This document shows positions 40,499 through 51,463 of a stretch of DNA of 64,000 nt, piece by piece. Position 1 is the stretch's first letter. The number at the start of each line of letters is the position of its first letter. A program made the position numbers and the translations under genes. The notes below the pieces were generated by a model. That model did no database searches and had not been told where the DNA came from. It worked only from the letters and a program-made list of their open reading frames with translations. Source of the stretch: Clostridia bacterium (GTDB lineage: Bacteria; Bacillota; Clostridia; JAAYHZ01); the NCBI GenBank assembly GCA_050950825.1, contig JBMNIH010000007.1, positions 224,001-288,000 of the forward strand. Direction: 5' to 3'.

Positions 40499-40731
40499 AA
40501 GACCGGTATTTTGTGAGGTAGAAAATGGATTATTTTCATTTCGAAAGCTTTCACACCGGCAAAAAGCGGTATGATGCGATACGAGAGTTTTGCCGGTGCG
40601 AGGGAATAAACGAAGAATACGTAAGAAGTACGATAAAAGAAAAGAGGTCCGATCGGAAAGAAATGAAAAAACCGATTTTGTCCGTATTGGGTATCGTTTT
40701 CTTTCGTTTAAGACATCGAGTATTGTAAAAG

Positions 40732-40766
40732 GAAGAAGGAGGGAAGTCGGCTTCCTTCCTTCTTCT
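40732..40766. terminator. Stem-loop between convergent transcription units
   Basis: GAAGAAGGAGGGAAG...CTTCCTTCCTTCTTC. Confidence 0.55.
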
Positions 40767-40774
40767 GCTATATA

Positions 40775-42490
40775 CTAATACAAAGGCAGGTTGTTGGCCT
40801 TCAAATAGCTTTCTTTCGTTTGGATTAAGAAGTGGAAGCAGGGATCGGTTTTCCCGTGTATTTGGGAAAACAGCTGCTGGGAATATCTTAAGTCTTTCAA
40901 AGTTAAGTTCACGTAATCGTCTCGCCCGTACGAGCCGTCCTTCATGTAGGCGTACCATAAATCCTTGCTGGGTCTCGGCCAATCCTTGTAGGTATCTCGG
41001 ACCGCCAATTTGATTTTATCTGCAATCAATAAGTATACGGGTTCTTGGGTATCGATATATAGCTCGTATAAAAAGTTCATTTCGGTAACCAGATGATTTA
41101 ACGATACGTGGGTGGGGATTAAGGAAAAGTTTTTATCCGTATAATCCCAAACCAAATATCCTCCGTTTTCCGTTTCGAATCGGTGGGTCATGGCAAAGTC
41201 GACCAAAAAATCCCCGTAAGCGCGGACGGCGTTCAGCATAGCCGGATCCTTCCACTTGCGATAACCGCGGATTAAAAACAGTCCGGCATCGGTGTTAAAT
41301 CTTGTGTCGTAGAAGGACTCGTAAATGCCGTAGTCCTCCCTTAACCAATCGGATTCAGGCTCCGTAGGCCATATCCCTTCCGGCGTTTGGTCCGATATGG
41401 CGGTGTACAAGGCCACGATGGACATGGCATCGAAATATCGTCCTTCCGTTCTTAAAAACTTTTCGCCTACATGGTGTGCGGCATTTTTGTAGAAGCAGTC
41501 GTTCCCGGAGGGCTTATAGGAAAGCGGAGTGATATAGTATTGGCCGTTCATGGACCATTTGCGGAAACGGGAAAAGTCCGCAAGCTTAACCGTCGCTTCC
41601 GTATCGGGGTTTGAAAAATCCACAAGCAGATCTTTTGAAAATACCCCCCATTGCTCCGTCATCCGTTTATTGGAAATGGGAAGCTTGGCGGTTATTTTTC
41701 CTTTGCCGATTTGTATTGCGGAGCTTTCGCCTGTTAAATCCCTTAATACTCCGTGGTCCATTTTTTCGTAAACATTTATGCAGCTTGCCACCATGGAAAA
41801 CGAAGGAGATTCCATGTATACGGTATAGGGGAGGGATAAAGGCTTTTGCTTGGAATCAAAAGGGCCCTCCAACACGGAGGTGGTATTGTCCCGTCCCTTC
41901 GGGTAGCTGTAATAGCGGTATTGAAATGAAGGATCCGTGTCAAGATAAAGCTCTACCGTTAAAGGGTTCGGTACGGATTTGAAGCTGTCCATCCGCATAC
42001 AGTAGTAAAGATCCCCCGAATAGATCTCGTAAAGGTCCAGAATGAAGATTCCCGCTTCCTCTTCCTTATAGCATACGGTATATTCATACCTTTTATTGTA
42101 GGCGGCGGTGTATTGGTTGTGGGTCTCGCTTATCAAAGAAAGGGTCAGGTCTTTTCCGTAAGCTTTAAAAAGATTTTCCACCCGTCCTTCAATCGTTGTT
42201 GTTTCCGATAAAGAAGATTCGACGGTTGTCGTAACCGTGGTTGTCGTTGTTGCCGTAGTCGGAGCCGGTGTCGTCTCTTTCGTTACGGTAACGATTGGGC
42301 TTGTTGTTGCCGAAGTCGTTTCTTTCGTTGTTATTTCTTCAGGTTCTTCTTTTTGAAGCTCCGCTCTTTTGTATATGACATTAACTTGAATCAGGAATAA
42401 TGCAATGATTAAAAATATGGCGGCGCAGGCTGTAAAAACGAAGATCTTGTCGTTATCGTTCAACTGTCTCATGGATACCCTCCCTTGCAT
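40775..42490 (-). CDS. Membrane-anchored extracellular protein with a Thr-rich linker and probable alpha/alpha-toroid C-terminal domain
   Basis: N-terminal TM helix, TTKETT/TTTTTVTT linker, aromatic-rich helical C-terminus. Confidence 0.6.
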   Translation of the reverse strand: MQGRVSMRQLNDNDKIFVFTACAAIFLIIALFLIQVNVIYKRAELQKEEPEEITTKETTSATTSPIVTVTKETTPAPTTATTTTTVTTTVESSLSETTTIEGRVENLFKAYGKDLTLSLISETHNQYTAAYNKRYEYTVCYKEEEAGIFILDLYEIYSGDLYYCMRMDSFKSVPNPLTVELYLDTDPSFQYRYYSYPKGRDNTTSVLEGPFDSKQKPLSLPYTVYMESPSFSMVASCINVYEKMDHGVLRDLTGESSAIQIGKGKITAKLPISNKRMTEQWGVFSKDLLVDFSNPDTEATVKLADFSRFRKWSMNGQYYITPLSYKPSGNDCFYKNAAHHVGEKFLRTEGRYFDAMSIVALYTAISDQTPEGIWPTEPESDWLREDYGIYESFYDTRFNTDAGLFLIRGYRKWKDPAMLNAVRAYGDFLVDFAMTHRFETENGGYLVWDYTDKNFSLIPTHVSLNHLVTEMNFLYELYIDTQEPVYLLIADKIKLAVRDTYKDWPRPSKDLWYAYMKDGSYGRDDYVNLTLKDLRYSQQLFSQIHGKTDPCFHFLIQTKESYLKANNLPLY

Positions 42491-42649
42491 ATACTGATTA
42501 TAGCACGGGCATTGGAAACTGAAAACAGGCTTTCTATAGTGGATTGAGTTAAAAAGCGTATGATAGTCCTCGGGTCATTCGTGATATAATATAGGCAAGG
42601 TAAGGTGAAAGTGCGAAAAAATGCAATAACGGGATGAAAGGAGATTCGT

Positions 42650-44224
42650 ATGATTATCCTGACACCGGAACAAATGAACCGGTTGGACGAATACGTCATC
42701 AACAAGCTGAACATACCGGGGACGGTTTTGATGGAACACGCGGCTTTGGCGGTAGCGGAAAAAGTCGAGAAAATGGTAGAAGGAATACCCGAACCCAAAG
42801 CGGTGCTGTTTGTAGGTACCGGAAACAACGGGGGAGACGGCTTTGCAGCGGCTCGAATACTGGAAAGCAAGGGTATAAAAACGGTGACCTGCTTGTTTGG
42901 AGATCCCGAAAAAATCAAAGGCGATGCTCGTGTCAATTATGACATCCACAAGGCCATGGGATTAACCTTGTTGGAATACGGAAAGGATCGGCACGAGGAA
43001 TTCGTCCGAAACGTCCAAGAGGCGGATTTGGCCGTGGATGCTTTAATGGGAACGGGTTTTTCCGGAACTCCGCGTTATCCTATTGACGAAGCCATTCATA
43101 TCTTGAACGGATATGCAAAAAAGGTATTGAGCGTGGATATCCCCTCCGGAGTCAACGGAACGGACGGCAGCGTAAGCACCTGCTGCGTTCAAGCGGACGA
43201 AACCGTTACCTTTTGCTGCCTGAAGCCCGGGCTGTGTCTTTATCCCGGAAGAGGCATGGCCGGCAACGTGACCGTCGTACCCATACAAATACCCAAGCAA
43301 GCCGTGGAACGGATGAACAGCACCATGCATTTTGTGGATGCGGACTTGGCAAGAGAATGGCTGCCTTTAAGGAAGGTGGACGGGAATAAAGGTGATTACG
43401 GAAGATTGACCATCATCACCGGAACCGGAGGAATGACGGGAGCATCGGTTTTAGCGGCAAAGGCTGCCTATAGGACCGGCTCGGGACTGGTGTATTTGTT
43501 AACCGATAAAAAAACATTGCCTGTCTTTGAAACGACGGCTATTGAAGCGGTTAAAATACCTATCGAATCGGATTCTTTGGAAGAGGAATTTGAAAGATTA
43601 AAAAGCTTTTTGGATAAACAGGACTGCCTTGTCATCGGTCCCGGCATGGGAAACAACGAAAGGACTTTTCGAATCGTTCGGTACTTTTTAAATACCGATA
43701 AAAATATCGTGTTGGATGCGGACGGATTGAACGTATTGGAAGGAAAGACGGAGCTTTTGAAAACATCCAAAGCCAATATTGTGATTACTCCTCATCCCGG
43801 AGAGATGAGCCGGCTGTGCGGCAAGAGCATCGGCGAAATTCAGATGAACCGCCTGAAGGCTGCCGGCGATTTTGCAGCCCAAACGGGTGTGACGGTGGTT
43901 TTAAAGGGTGCAGGCACCGTCATTTCTTCCCCGGAAGGAATCCATATGATCAATTCCACCGGAAGTGCGGGGCTTTCCGTTGCGGGAAGCGGAGACGTGT
44001 TGTCCGGTATGATCGGATCCTTGATGGGGCAAGGACTGCCCACGTTGAAGGCCTGTGCCTTGGGGGTTTACCTCCACGGCTTGGCCGGAGAATATGCGGC
44101 GGATCAATTTACTGAATACGGAGTAACGGCTTCGGATATAATAGAATTGATACCTTCTGCATACAAAGGAGCCGGCAAAAATTACAATCGTCCGGCAGGG
44201 GTTTTTGATTTGACTTGTACTTGA
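42650..44224 (+). CDS. nnr: Bifunctional NAD(P)HX epimerase/dehydratase
   Basis: LMEHA, GNNGGDG, VDIPSG; GPGMG, DADGLN, TPHPGE, GSGDVL. Confidence 0.95.
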   Translation: MIILTPEQMNRLDEYVINKLNIPGTVLMEHAALAVAEKVEKMVEGIPEPKAVLFVGTGNNGGDGFAAARILESKGIKTVTCLFGDPEKIKGDARVNYDIHKAMGLTLLEYGKDRHEEFVRNVQEADLAVDALMGTGFSGTPRYPIDEAIHILNGYAKKVLSVDIPSGVNGTDGSVSTCCVQADETVTFCCLKPGLCLYPGRGMAGNVTVVPIQIPKQAVERMNSTMHFVDADLAREWLPLRKVDGNKGDYGRLTIITGTGGMTGASVLAAKAAYRTGSGLVYLLTDKKTLPVFETTAIEAVKIPIESDSLEEEFERLKSFLDKQDCLVIGPGMGNNERTFRIVRYFLNTDKNIVLDADGLNVLEGKTELLKTSKANIVITPHPGEMSRLCGKSIGEIQMNRLKAAGDFAAQTGVTVVLKGAGTVISSPEGIHMINSTGSAGLSVAGSGDVLSGMIGSLMGQGLPTLKACALGVYLHGLAGEYAADQFTEYGVTASDIIELIPSAYKGAGKNYNRPAGVFDLTCT

Positions 44225-44238
44225 TATGCCATTATAAT
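44210..44238 (+). promoter_or_regulatory. SigA promoter upstream of ndoAI-ndoA
   Basis: TTGACT-17 nt-TATAAT. Confidence 0.6.
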
Positions 44239-44383
44239 GGAGTTCGCAAGACATTTAAATCTTGCATTTGTGGAATAAAATATATTATCAAACGTTATTA
44301 TTAAAAACAGAGAGAAATTATATATAAAAATCGTTTGATTTGAGTTTACGTTATCTTTATTCACGATAGAAAGAGGGATCAAA

Positions 44384-44668
44384 ATGTCACGTACAAAGAG
44401 AATAAATATATCCATACCTGAAGATATGCTGAAGGAAATCGATGAAGCGGTTAAAAACGCGAAGACCGGGAGAAGTCGATTCTTCCGACAAGCGGTCAGG
44501 TACTATTTAACCAAAGGTACCATTCAGGATTTAAGGGGGCAGATGGCGAAAGGTTATGCCGAAATGGGAGACATTAATTTGGAAATTGCGGAAAGCTGGC
44601 TCCAAGCGGACAATAACCAAGTAGAAAGGTCAGAAATGCTATTAAGGGAGATGGAGATGGAGTGGTAA
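44384..44668 (+). CDS. ndoAI: RHH/CopG antitoxin EndoAI (MazE-like)
   Basis: [21 protein letters not shown]. Confidence 0.88.
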   Translation: MSRTKRINISIPEDMLKEIDEAVKNAKTGRSRFFRQAVRYYLTKGTIQDLRGQMAKGYAEMGDINLEIAESWLQADNNQVERSEMLLREMEMEW

Positions 44669-45012
44669 TTAAACGTGGCGATGTTTATTACGCTGACCTC
44701 AGTCCTGTCATCGGATCGGAGCAAGGTGGAGTCCGACCGGTTTTGGTCATACAAAACGATATCGGCAACAAATACAGTCCTACCGTAATTGTTGCTGCCA
44801 TTACGTCGAAGATTAACAAGGCGAAAATGCCTACCCATTTTGAATTGTCCGTAAAAGATATCGGACTAAGCAAGGATTCGGTGGTCCTGCTTGAACAAGT
44901 CAGGACCATCGATAAAAGAAGACTTCGAGAAAAAATCGGTCAAATCAGCCCGGCGAACATGTATAAAATCAACCGGGCGCTGATGATCAGTTTAGGGCTT
45001 GTGGATATATAG
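44662..45012 (+). CDS. ndoA: MazF/PemK mRNA interferase EndoA
   Basis: [42 protein letters not shown]. Confidence 0.95.
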   Translation: MVIKRGDVYYADLSPVIGSEQGGVRPVLVIQNDIGNKYSPTVIVAAITSKINKAKMPTHFELSVKDIGLSKDSVVLLEQVRTIDKRRLREKIGQISPANMYKINRALMISLGLVDI

Positions 45013-45157
45013 TTACATACCAAAGAGTTATTCACAAGCGGAGTTTGGGAAAACCCTAATTCAGGGAGAAAAAAAGATAGATTTTTCACGCTTTTCACGT
45101 TATAATTTCATTTAATGGGTATTCATAATACCGGGGAAAATTTTAAAGGGGGTCATT

Positions 45158-45790
45158 ATGTATTCGAAGAAAGAGAAAAGAATGAAAGCGATCATCGCTT
45201 TGGCTGCAGTCATGTGCTCTTTTATCGTATACGGCTCGCTGGTAAGCGCTACGTCTCCGAATAATGTGATTGTGGCCAGCGTGAATTACGTAGACGAGAA
45301 GTTCAACCAGATTATGCAGAAGGTGAACCAATTGGAGGCAAGAATCGGGACGGGCGGCACACCCTCCGTGCCTACGTATCCGGGAACACAGCCGGGGCAG
45401 CAGGTCAGCAGCGAAGCTTTGCAGAAGCTGGAAGAGAAAATCGACAAGCTGGAGGGAAGGATTAAAAACGCGGATTTTGTAGCACGCGCGGCGTCCGAAA
45501 GCAGCAAGTACAGCGTCGTTGTACTTGAAAAAGGCCAAACCCTTATTGCCGGCGATGTGATTGAGTTTATCGTACGAAGCGGCGTTTGTACCGCCATTGA
45601 AGGGGCTAACGGCGACGGAATTGCCGATATGACCTCGGGAGACGGCAAAGACTTTTATACCGGAGATCAACTGCCTAAGAACCACTATATGCTGATATCT
45701 CGCCCGGACGGAAGGGGTATCAAAGCGGTCAGCGACACCGTGTATCTCATGGTAAAAGGAATGTATTCAATCTATTTGGCGGATAATTAA
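45158..45790 (+). CDS. Hypothetical exported protein
   Basis: Signal-peptide-like N-terminus and short coiled coils. Confidence 0.65.
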   Translation: MYSKKEKRMKAIIALAAVMCSFIVYGSLVSATSPNNVIVASVNYVDEKFNQIMQKVNQLEARIGTGGTPSVPTYPGTQPGQQVSSEALQKLEEKIDKLEGRIKNADFVARAASESSKYSVVVLEKGQTLIAGDVIEFIVRSGVCTAIEGANGDGIADMTSGDGKDFYTGDQLPKNHYMLISRPDGRGIKAVSDTVYLMVKGMYSIYLADN

Positions 45791-45821
45791 GGTTGATAAC
45801 AACAAAAAATGTGAAATAAGA

Positions 45822-45859
45822 AAAGAGCTTGGTTCGGCGAAGATATAACCAAGCTCTTT
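45822..45859. terminator. Bidirectional terminator
   Basis: AAAGAGCTTGGTT...AACCAAGCTCTTT between convergent genes. Confidence 0.7.
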
Positions 45860-45896
45860 ATATATCAAATCAATTGTATGTGGTGCTCGTACCTTT

Positions 45897-46373
45897 TTAG
45901 TCCAATTTCGTACCGCAGCTGATACAGAATGCGGAATCCGAAGGCGATTTGGCTTTGCAAGAAGGACATACTTTCGTATCATCGGAGTTTCCCTCTTCCG
46001 CCTTCGCTTCGGCTACCTCAAACTTGTTCCCGCATTTGGGGCAGAAAAGAACATCCTTTGCCACTTCGTTCCCGCAGTTCGGACATTTTTTAAGATTTTT
46101 GTGATTAAGTATCTGCTCTTGGAACGATACGATCGCTTTTTCCGCTAAATCAATGGTTTGGCATTCGTCGGCAAAACTGTCGTGTATAAGCTCACCCTGC
46201 TTGTAAAATTCGTAAACTTTTTTGCCGATATCGGTGTATGCTTGTGCGATTTTTTTATTCTCGTCCGCAATGGACTTGTTTAATTTCGCAATAGCCGCTA
46301 ATTCGTCGGTTTTTTCTTTTACACCTTTCGCCGCGTCCCCTACTTTTTTACCGAGGTTTTGAAAAAATGACAT
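45897..46373 (-). CDS. Double zinc-ribbon domain protein
   Basis: CPNCG..FCPKCG and CPSC..FCISCG. Confidence 0.8.
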   Translation of the reverse strand: MSFFQNLGKKVGDAAKGVKEKTDELAAIAKLNKSIADENKKIAQAYTDIGKKVYEFYKQGELIHDSFADECQTIDLAEKAIVSFQEQILNHKNLKKCPNCGNEVAKDVLFCPKCGNKFEVAEAKAEEGNSDDTKVCPSCKAKSPSDSAFCISCGTKLD

Positions 46374-46397
46374 GTTATTGTTCCCTCCTTCTATTTT

Positions 46398-46772
46398 TTA
46401 GCCTTTAAGCTTGATGTCGCCGATCTTTTTAAAAACGATATAGCTCAGTCCTAAGAACAAAAGCATTGCCGCCAATTTGAACCAAGTGAATCCAAATAGC
46501 ATGGAAATCAGCCTTGTAAGGGCATATCCCAATAGACCTAACAGCAGGTAATTGTTTTGGTATTCGATGAATAAAAGTATCAAAGAAAACATGAATATAT
46601 AGACAAACAACATATTCAAAAAACCGCCGAAGGGAACCGTAAATGCGGAAAGTAAAACGAAAATTAGGCTTACACCGCATATATATACACCGTAATCGCT
46701 GATTTTTTCGATGAGCGGTATACTTTTTAAGGCTTCCCCCAGATTCTTGCTTATGTTTTTATAATAATCCAT
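46398..46772 (-). CDS. Small integral membrane protein
   Basis: About four hydrophobic segments; RBS AGGAGG. Confidence 0.7.
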   Translation of the reverse strand: MDYYKNISKNLGEALKSIPLIEKISDYGVYICGVSLIFVLLSAFTVPFGGFLNMLFVYIFMFSLILLFIEYQNNYLLLGLLGYALTRLISMLFGFTWFKLAAMLLFLGLSYIVFKKIGDIKLKG

Positions 46773-46935
46773 ATTGCGAAAACCTCCTGATTTGGTCTAC
46801 CTCCCGACTATATATTTTCATTATAAGTTAAAGCCTTTTTTATTTCAATACATGCATCTTGTTTTTTTTAATTAATTACCAATACAAGTATATATATGCT
46901 ATAATATGCTTACCTATGAACAAAGGGGGTATCCA

Positions 46936-47560
46936 TGTGGTTGAGGTATACAAACATGTTCCGAAAGAACTGGCGCAAGATATCGTTCACTGCGGATTAA
47001 AACTGTCTCAATACGGAACCGTTACCGTCGAAGGAAAGGGCGGTGTCAGCCGTTACATTCCTTGCTATTTTAATCCGAAGGATGAAAAGGAGCTGTACGG
47101 TAAGGAAGACTATGCTTGTATACGAATCACCATTCCGAATAACTACTGCAAAGTAGGAAATGAATTTTTAAGAAACGATACCAACGAGCTGATAAACGAT
47201 TTGTTCGAGCAATCCCTCATGCCGGTGGATCAATACCTATTCGGCATGTACCGAAAGCCCGTATGTCTCATTACGAGGACCGTTCAAGCGGGAGAAATCG
47301 CTTTGGCCGGAAAGCATTTGGATTACCCCGTGATTGTAGACGATGCGGAGCGGCTGTATTTGCAGAATATTTTGACATGCAGGACCGAAGAAAACGAGAA
47401 ATGGCTGGACGCGGTTCTCTATGCCTACTACTGCGATTTGGCCGATAAAGGCTATGTGGTAAAAATCGAATCGCCGGAAACGGGTATCAGCGTGTTTATA
47501 AACAAAGATCGACAAATCGTGACTTTAAAGATACCTTCGATGGAGGAAGTACCATTTTGA
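46936..47560 (+). CDS. Hypothetical protein
   Basis: Long ORF with RBS AGGGGG before a GTG near 46937; overlaps the birA start. Confidence 0.6.
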
Positions 47561-48552
47561 CGAAACAAGATTCTCAATCGGAACATATTCGTTTACGAAT
47601 ACTGACACTTTTGGAGAGCCGACCGGGAGATTATTTTTCCGGAGAAGAAATCGGAAAAGCCTTGGGAGTATCCCGGAGCGCGGTATGGAAGCAGATTAAC
47701 CGGTTAAGAAGATCCGGATACCGTATTCACTCGGCTCCGAACAAAGGATACTGCATTGAAAAGCAGGAAAATGTCTACAATGACTTGGAAATCACCAAAA
47801 GGTTAAAAACGAAAGCTTGTGTCATTTTCTTGGAAAAGACGGACTCTACCAATAACACGGTTAAAGCATTGGCCCAAGAGGGATGCGAACAAGGAACCGT
47901 TGCGGTAGCCTTGGAACAAACCGCAGGGAAGGGCCGTTTAGGACGTTATTGGAAATCGTCCAAAGGAAAAGGCATATGGCTGTCCTACTGCTTAAGACCG
48001 TCCTTTTCCGTTGCGGAATTAGGCTTGGTTACCTTAGCCGGAGCCTGTGCCGTTTGCCGGCTTTTAAAAGAAGAAGGATTCGATGCCGGAATCAAATGGC
48101 CCAACGACATTTTAATCGGCGGGAAAAAAGTATGCGGCATCTTAACGGAGACGGGCTTTGAAGAAACGCGGGTGGAATACGTGGTGGTGGGTATCGGCTT
48201 GAACGTATTCCAAGACACGGAGGACTTCGGTCCGGAGCTGAAGGATTTTGCCACTTCGTTAAGGCTGGAGAAGGATAAGGATTACGACATGGCATCCTTG
48301 GCTTCCGCTCTTATCGATTACTTGTATGAGTATTTCTCCTTATTGGAAAAAGGAGAAGGAGAAAAAATCATCGAATGCTGGAAATCGTATTCCAAAACAT
48401 TGGGAAAAACCATTTATACCACCGTAGGCAGCAGGAAAGAATGGGTAACGGCACTTGATATTCGAAGAGACGGCGCTCTCATTGTAAAAAGAGAGGACGG
48501 AACCGTAACGCCGATTATTTCCGGAGAAATATGGCTCGGACAAGATGGCTAA
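47557..48552 (+). CDS. birA: Bifunctional biotin ligase/repressor
   Basis: wHTH (SGEEIG..LGVSR.AVWK), DSTN, QTAGKGRLGR, IKWPND, KVCGIL. Confidence 0.95.
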   Translation: MTKQDSQSEHIRLRILTLLESRPGDYFSGEEIGKALGVSRSAVWKQINRLRRSGYRIHSAPNKGYCIEKQENVYNDLEITKRLKTKACVIFLEKTDSTNNTVKALAQEGCEQGTVAVALEQTAGKGRLGRYWKSSKGKGIWLSYCLRPSFSVAELGLVTLAGACAVCRLLKEEGFDAGIKWPNDILIGGKKVCGILTETGFEETRVEYVVVGIGLNVFQDTEDFGPELKDFATSLRLEKDKDYDMASLASALIDYLYEYFSLLEKGEGEKIIECWKSYSKTLGKTIYTTVGSRKEWVTALDIRRDGALIVKREDGTVTPIISGEIWLGQDG

Positions 48553-48640
48553 TGCTTTTTACGGTCGTCTCCAAAAGCCGTTTTTGCATTTATTTACGAT
48601 GTTGTGTTATAATACTTTTAATATGGATAAGGAGGATTCT

Positions 48641-49012
48641 ATGCAGAATTCGGATACAACAAACACAAATGAAAATAGCCGGGCGGCTCAAGATAACGGT
48701 GCCGATGCCAAGGCACGAAACGCAAAGCCCGGCAACCGACCCTATGATCAAGGGAACAACCAAAAAAACAAAGGAAATCGGGATAAGAAGATGAATCGGA
48801 ATCGCCCGGAAAACAAGGAGCAGGCGGCCGCTCCGAATCCCGGTCACAACCAAAAGCATTTTAACAAAGGAAGACCACGAAGCGGTAAGGGACCGAAATA
48901 CAACCGCCAGGTGATGCCCGGTGAAACCATCGAAGATATTGCCGGCGATATTACCAGAATAGAAAAAGAATTGGAACTGGTAATAGAAGAAATTTCCCAT
49001 ATTACGCTATAG
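48641..49012 (+). CDS. Hypothetical low-complexity Asn/Lys-rich protein
   Basis: AAGGAGG RBS before the ATG at 48641 and an upstream TG-N-TATAAT; short C-terminal helix. Confidence 0.6.
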   Translation: MQNSDTTNTNENSRAAQDNGADAKARNAKPGNRPYDQGNNQKNKGNRDKKMNRNRPENKEQAAAPNPGHNQKHFNKGRPRSGKGPKYNRQVMPGETIEDIAGDITRIEKELELVIEEISHITL

Positions 49013-49022
49013 CGATCGTATA

Positions 49023-50456
49023 ATGGATAGCGATTCTATCATAAATCGACTGCATATACTGAATGCCGTTTTAGAATATGACCGAGGTCGGCCGGTACGA
49101 TATCATATGCCCGGTCATAAAGGAGGAGCAGGCATTCCCGAAAATCTTTGGAATACTCTTATTCGAGCCGATGTAACGGAAATTCCGGGGATGGACAATT
49201 TATACCGGCCTCAAGACTTCATCGCCCGTGCTTTGGAAAGATGCAGCGAAATTTTCGGGACGGTTCAAACCTTCTTTTCGGTTAACGGCTCGACGGCGGG
49301 GATTCATGCCGCCATGGAAGCGATTGCAGGTGACCGAAAAGAAATCATCATGTCAAGGGATTGCCATAAAGCCGTTTATAATCAAGTGATTTTAGGAGGT
49401 TATACTCCTTACTATGTTCCCGTGGGGTTCGATCCGAAGACTTTGACTCCTTCCTTGGCGACACCAAGCGATATCGCCGATGCGATGGATAAAACCGGCT
49501 GCAAAACCGTGATTATCACCGGTGTGAACTACTACGGCATGGTGGCGGATATCCAAGGGATCGCCCGTGAGGTTCATAAAAGGTCCGGCATCTTGATTGT
49601 GGATGAAGCCCACGGTGCTCACTTTAAATTCTCGAAATCCCTGCCGGATTCGGCCATTGACTGCGGTGCGGATATTGTGATCCAAAGCGCCCACAAAACC
49701 CTGCCGGTGATCAACCAAGGGGCGTATATACATGTAGCAAGTCATAGGGCGGATCCTGAAAAAATCAATACGGCGCTGTCCATGATTCAAACATCCAGCC
49801 CGTCCTATATCATTATGGGATTGCTGGAATATGCCGCTCTTTATTTGCACACGTACGGAGATGTGTTATATAATAAATTATGTAAGGATATCGATGCTTT
49901 GGCGGCGTCGGTAAGCGGTGAAAACGATATACATATCAAGTCGGATATATGCATCCATGCCGTTGATAAGGACAAAACCCGAATCCTTTTGGATGCCTAC
50001 CGGGCAGGCTTTACCGGTTACCGGCTGGAAAACCGGCTACGGCAAGAACACAATATCGCCGTTGAGGCGGTGGATTTATACAACTGCACATTGATTGCAG
50101 CGGCTTGCGATCCTGCTTGGTATTTCGACCGTTTATACGAGGCATTGAAAAACGGGGCCATCGCCGATACAAAGTCGGAGCCGAAAGCGTACGGGATCCT
50201 ATCGATTCCGGATACGGTTTTGTTACCTTGCGAAGCGGTCAGAAAAGAATCGAAAAATAAAAAACCGGATGAAGCAATCGGTTCGGTTGCCCGTAGGGCC
50301 TTGATTCCTTATCCGCCGGGAATCCCTCTGATTGTGCCGGGGGAAAGAATAACGAAGGAAGCGGTGGAATATATAAAAGCCGTTATAAATGAGGGCGGTT
50401 TCATAGAAGGAATCGAAGAGGAAGACGGGAATATATATATAAATGTGGTGAAGTAG
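49023..50456 (+). CDS. Orn/Lys/Arg decarboxylase-family PLP enzyme (YaaO-like)
   Basis: HMPGHKG, VDEAHGAH, QSAHKTLP, PYPPGIP. Confidence 0.92.
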   Translation: MDSDSIINRLHILNAVLEYDRGRPVRYHMPGHKGGAGIPENLWNTLIRADVTEIPGMDNLYRPQDFIARALERCSEIFGTVQTFFSVNGSTAGIHAAMEAIAGDRKEIIMSRDCHKAVYNQVILGGYTPYYVPVGFDPKTLTPSLATPSDIADAMDKTGCKTVIITGVNYYGMVADIQGIAREVHKRSGILIVDEAHGAHFKFSKSLPDSAIDCGADIVIQSAHKTLPVINQGAYIHVASHRADPEKINTALSMIQTSSPSYIIMGLLEYAALYLHTYGDVLYNKLCKDIDALAASVSGENDIHIKSDICIHAVDKDKTRILLDAYRAGFTGYRLENRLRQEHNIAVEAVDLYNCTLIAAACDPAWYFDRLYEALKNGAIADTKSEPKAYGILSIPDTVLLPCEAVRKESKNKKPDEAIGSVARRALIPYPPGIPLIVPGERITKEAVEYIKAVINEGGFIEGIEEEDGNIYINVVK

Positions 50457-51110
50457 ATGACAGCAAAAGGTTTGTTCATAGTGATAGAGGGCATTGACGG
50501 ATCGGGGAAAACCACCCAGATTGAAAATTTAAAAGCGTATTTTCAAAAAAAGGGGGCAGAAGCGATTGTAACCCGAGAACCGGGCGGGACGAAAATTGGG
50601 GAGAAAATAAGGGAGATCCTGTTGAATCCCGATAACAAAGAGATGGACCCGATTGCGGAAATGCTCCTGTATGCCGCCTCTCGAGCACAGCATGTGAAAG
50701 AATTGATCGAAAAGAATTTAAAAGAAGGGAAGCACGTGATCTGCGACCGCTTTGTTTTGTCCAGTTACGTGTACCAAGGATTTGCTCGGGGAATCGATTT
50801 GGAGGCGGTAAAAAAGGTCAACGAAATTGCCATGCAAGGAGTTGTACCCGACATCATCTTTTTTATCAATATCTCGGACGAAGAGTCCTTTAAAAGAAGA
50901 ATGGGCAGAAGCTATTGCGACCGCATTGAGAATGAAGAAAAAGAGTTTCATATCAACGTTTGCAAAGGATATCGAAAGCTTGCAAAGGATATGGAAAATG
51001 CGGTGTGGATCGACGGTATGAAAAGCGTTGATGAAGTGGCAAAAGATATGATCGCGTATATCGAAAAAAAGCTTTATGATATAGCGATTGTCGGTACACA
51101 AAATAAATAG
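50457..51110 (+). CDS. tmk: Thymidylate kinase
   Basis: EGIDGSGKTT, TREPGG, CDRF..SS..YQG. Confidence 0.96.
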   Translation: MTAKGLFIVIEGIDGSGKTTQIENLKAYFQKKGAEAIVTREPGGTKIGEKIREILLNPDNKEMDPIAEMLLYAASRAQHVKELIEKNLKEGKHVICDRFVLSSYVYQGFARGIDLEAVKKVNEIAMQGVVPDIIFFINISDEESFKRRMGRSYCDRIENEEKEFHINVCKGYRKLAKDMENAVWIDGMKSVDEVAKDMIAYIEKKLYDIAIVGTQNK

Positions 51111-51130
51111 AATAAGGAGGATATCGGCCT

Positions 51131-51463
51131 ATGAAACTAGTATACGCAATTGTTCATGACGAAGATCAAAACAATGTGATTACGTCCTTAAACGAAAATG
51201 GATTTTCCGTAACAAAACTGTTTTCCACCGGGGGCTTTTTAAGAGCAGGGAACACCACCATCATCGTGGGTGTTGCAGACGAAAAAGTAGACGAAGTTAT
51301 TGAAATCATCAAGCAAAATTCAAAAAGCCGTAAAAAGGTCATGGATACCGCCATGTCACCGGGAAGCGGTTTGAACGGCGTAATGTTATCTTTCCCCTTG
51401 GAAGTGACCGTAGGCGGAGCGACCATATTCGTTTTGGATGTGGAAAGGTACGAAAAAATATAA
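51131..51463 (+). CDS. darA: PII-like cyclic-di-AMP receptor (YaaQ/PstA)
   Basis: TKL.STGGFLRAGNTT, VGGATIFV; tmk-holB synteny. Confidence 0.92.
   Translation: MKLVYAIVHDEDQNNVITSLNENGFSVTKLFSTGGFLRAGNTTIIVGVADEKVDEVIEIIKQNSKSRKKVMDTAMSPGSGLNGVMLSFPLEVTVGGATIFVLDVERYEKI

Noticed and set aside
40525-40982. Short ORFs at 40525-40728, 40590-40778 and 40551-40982
   Set aside because: No recognisable motifs, they overlap each other, and no convincing RBS; probably spurious or a decayed fragment.
45027-45036. DnaA-box-like TTATTCACA
   Set aside because: A single mismatched copy with no cluster.
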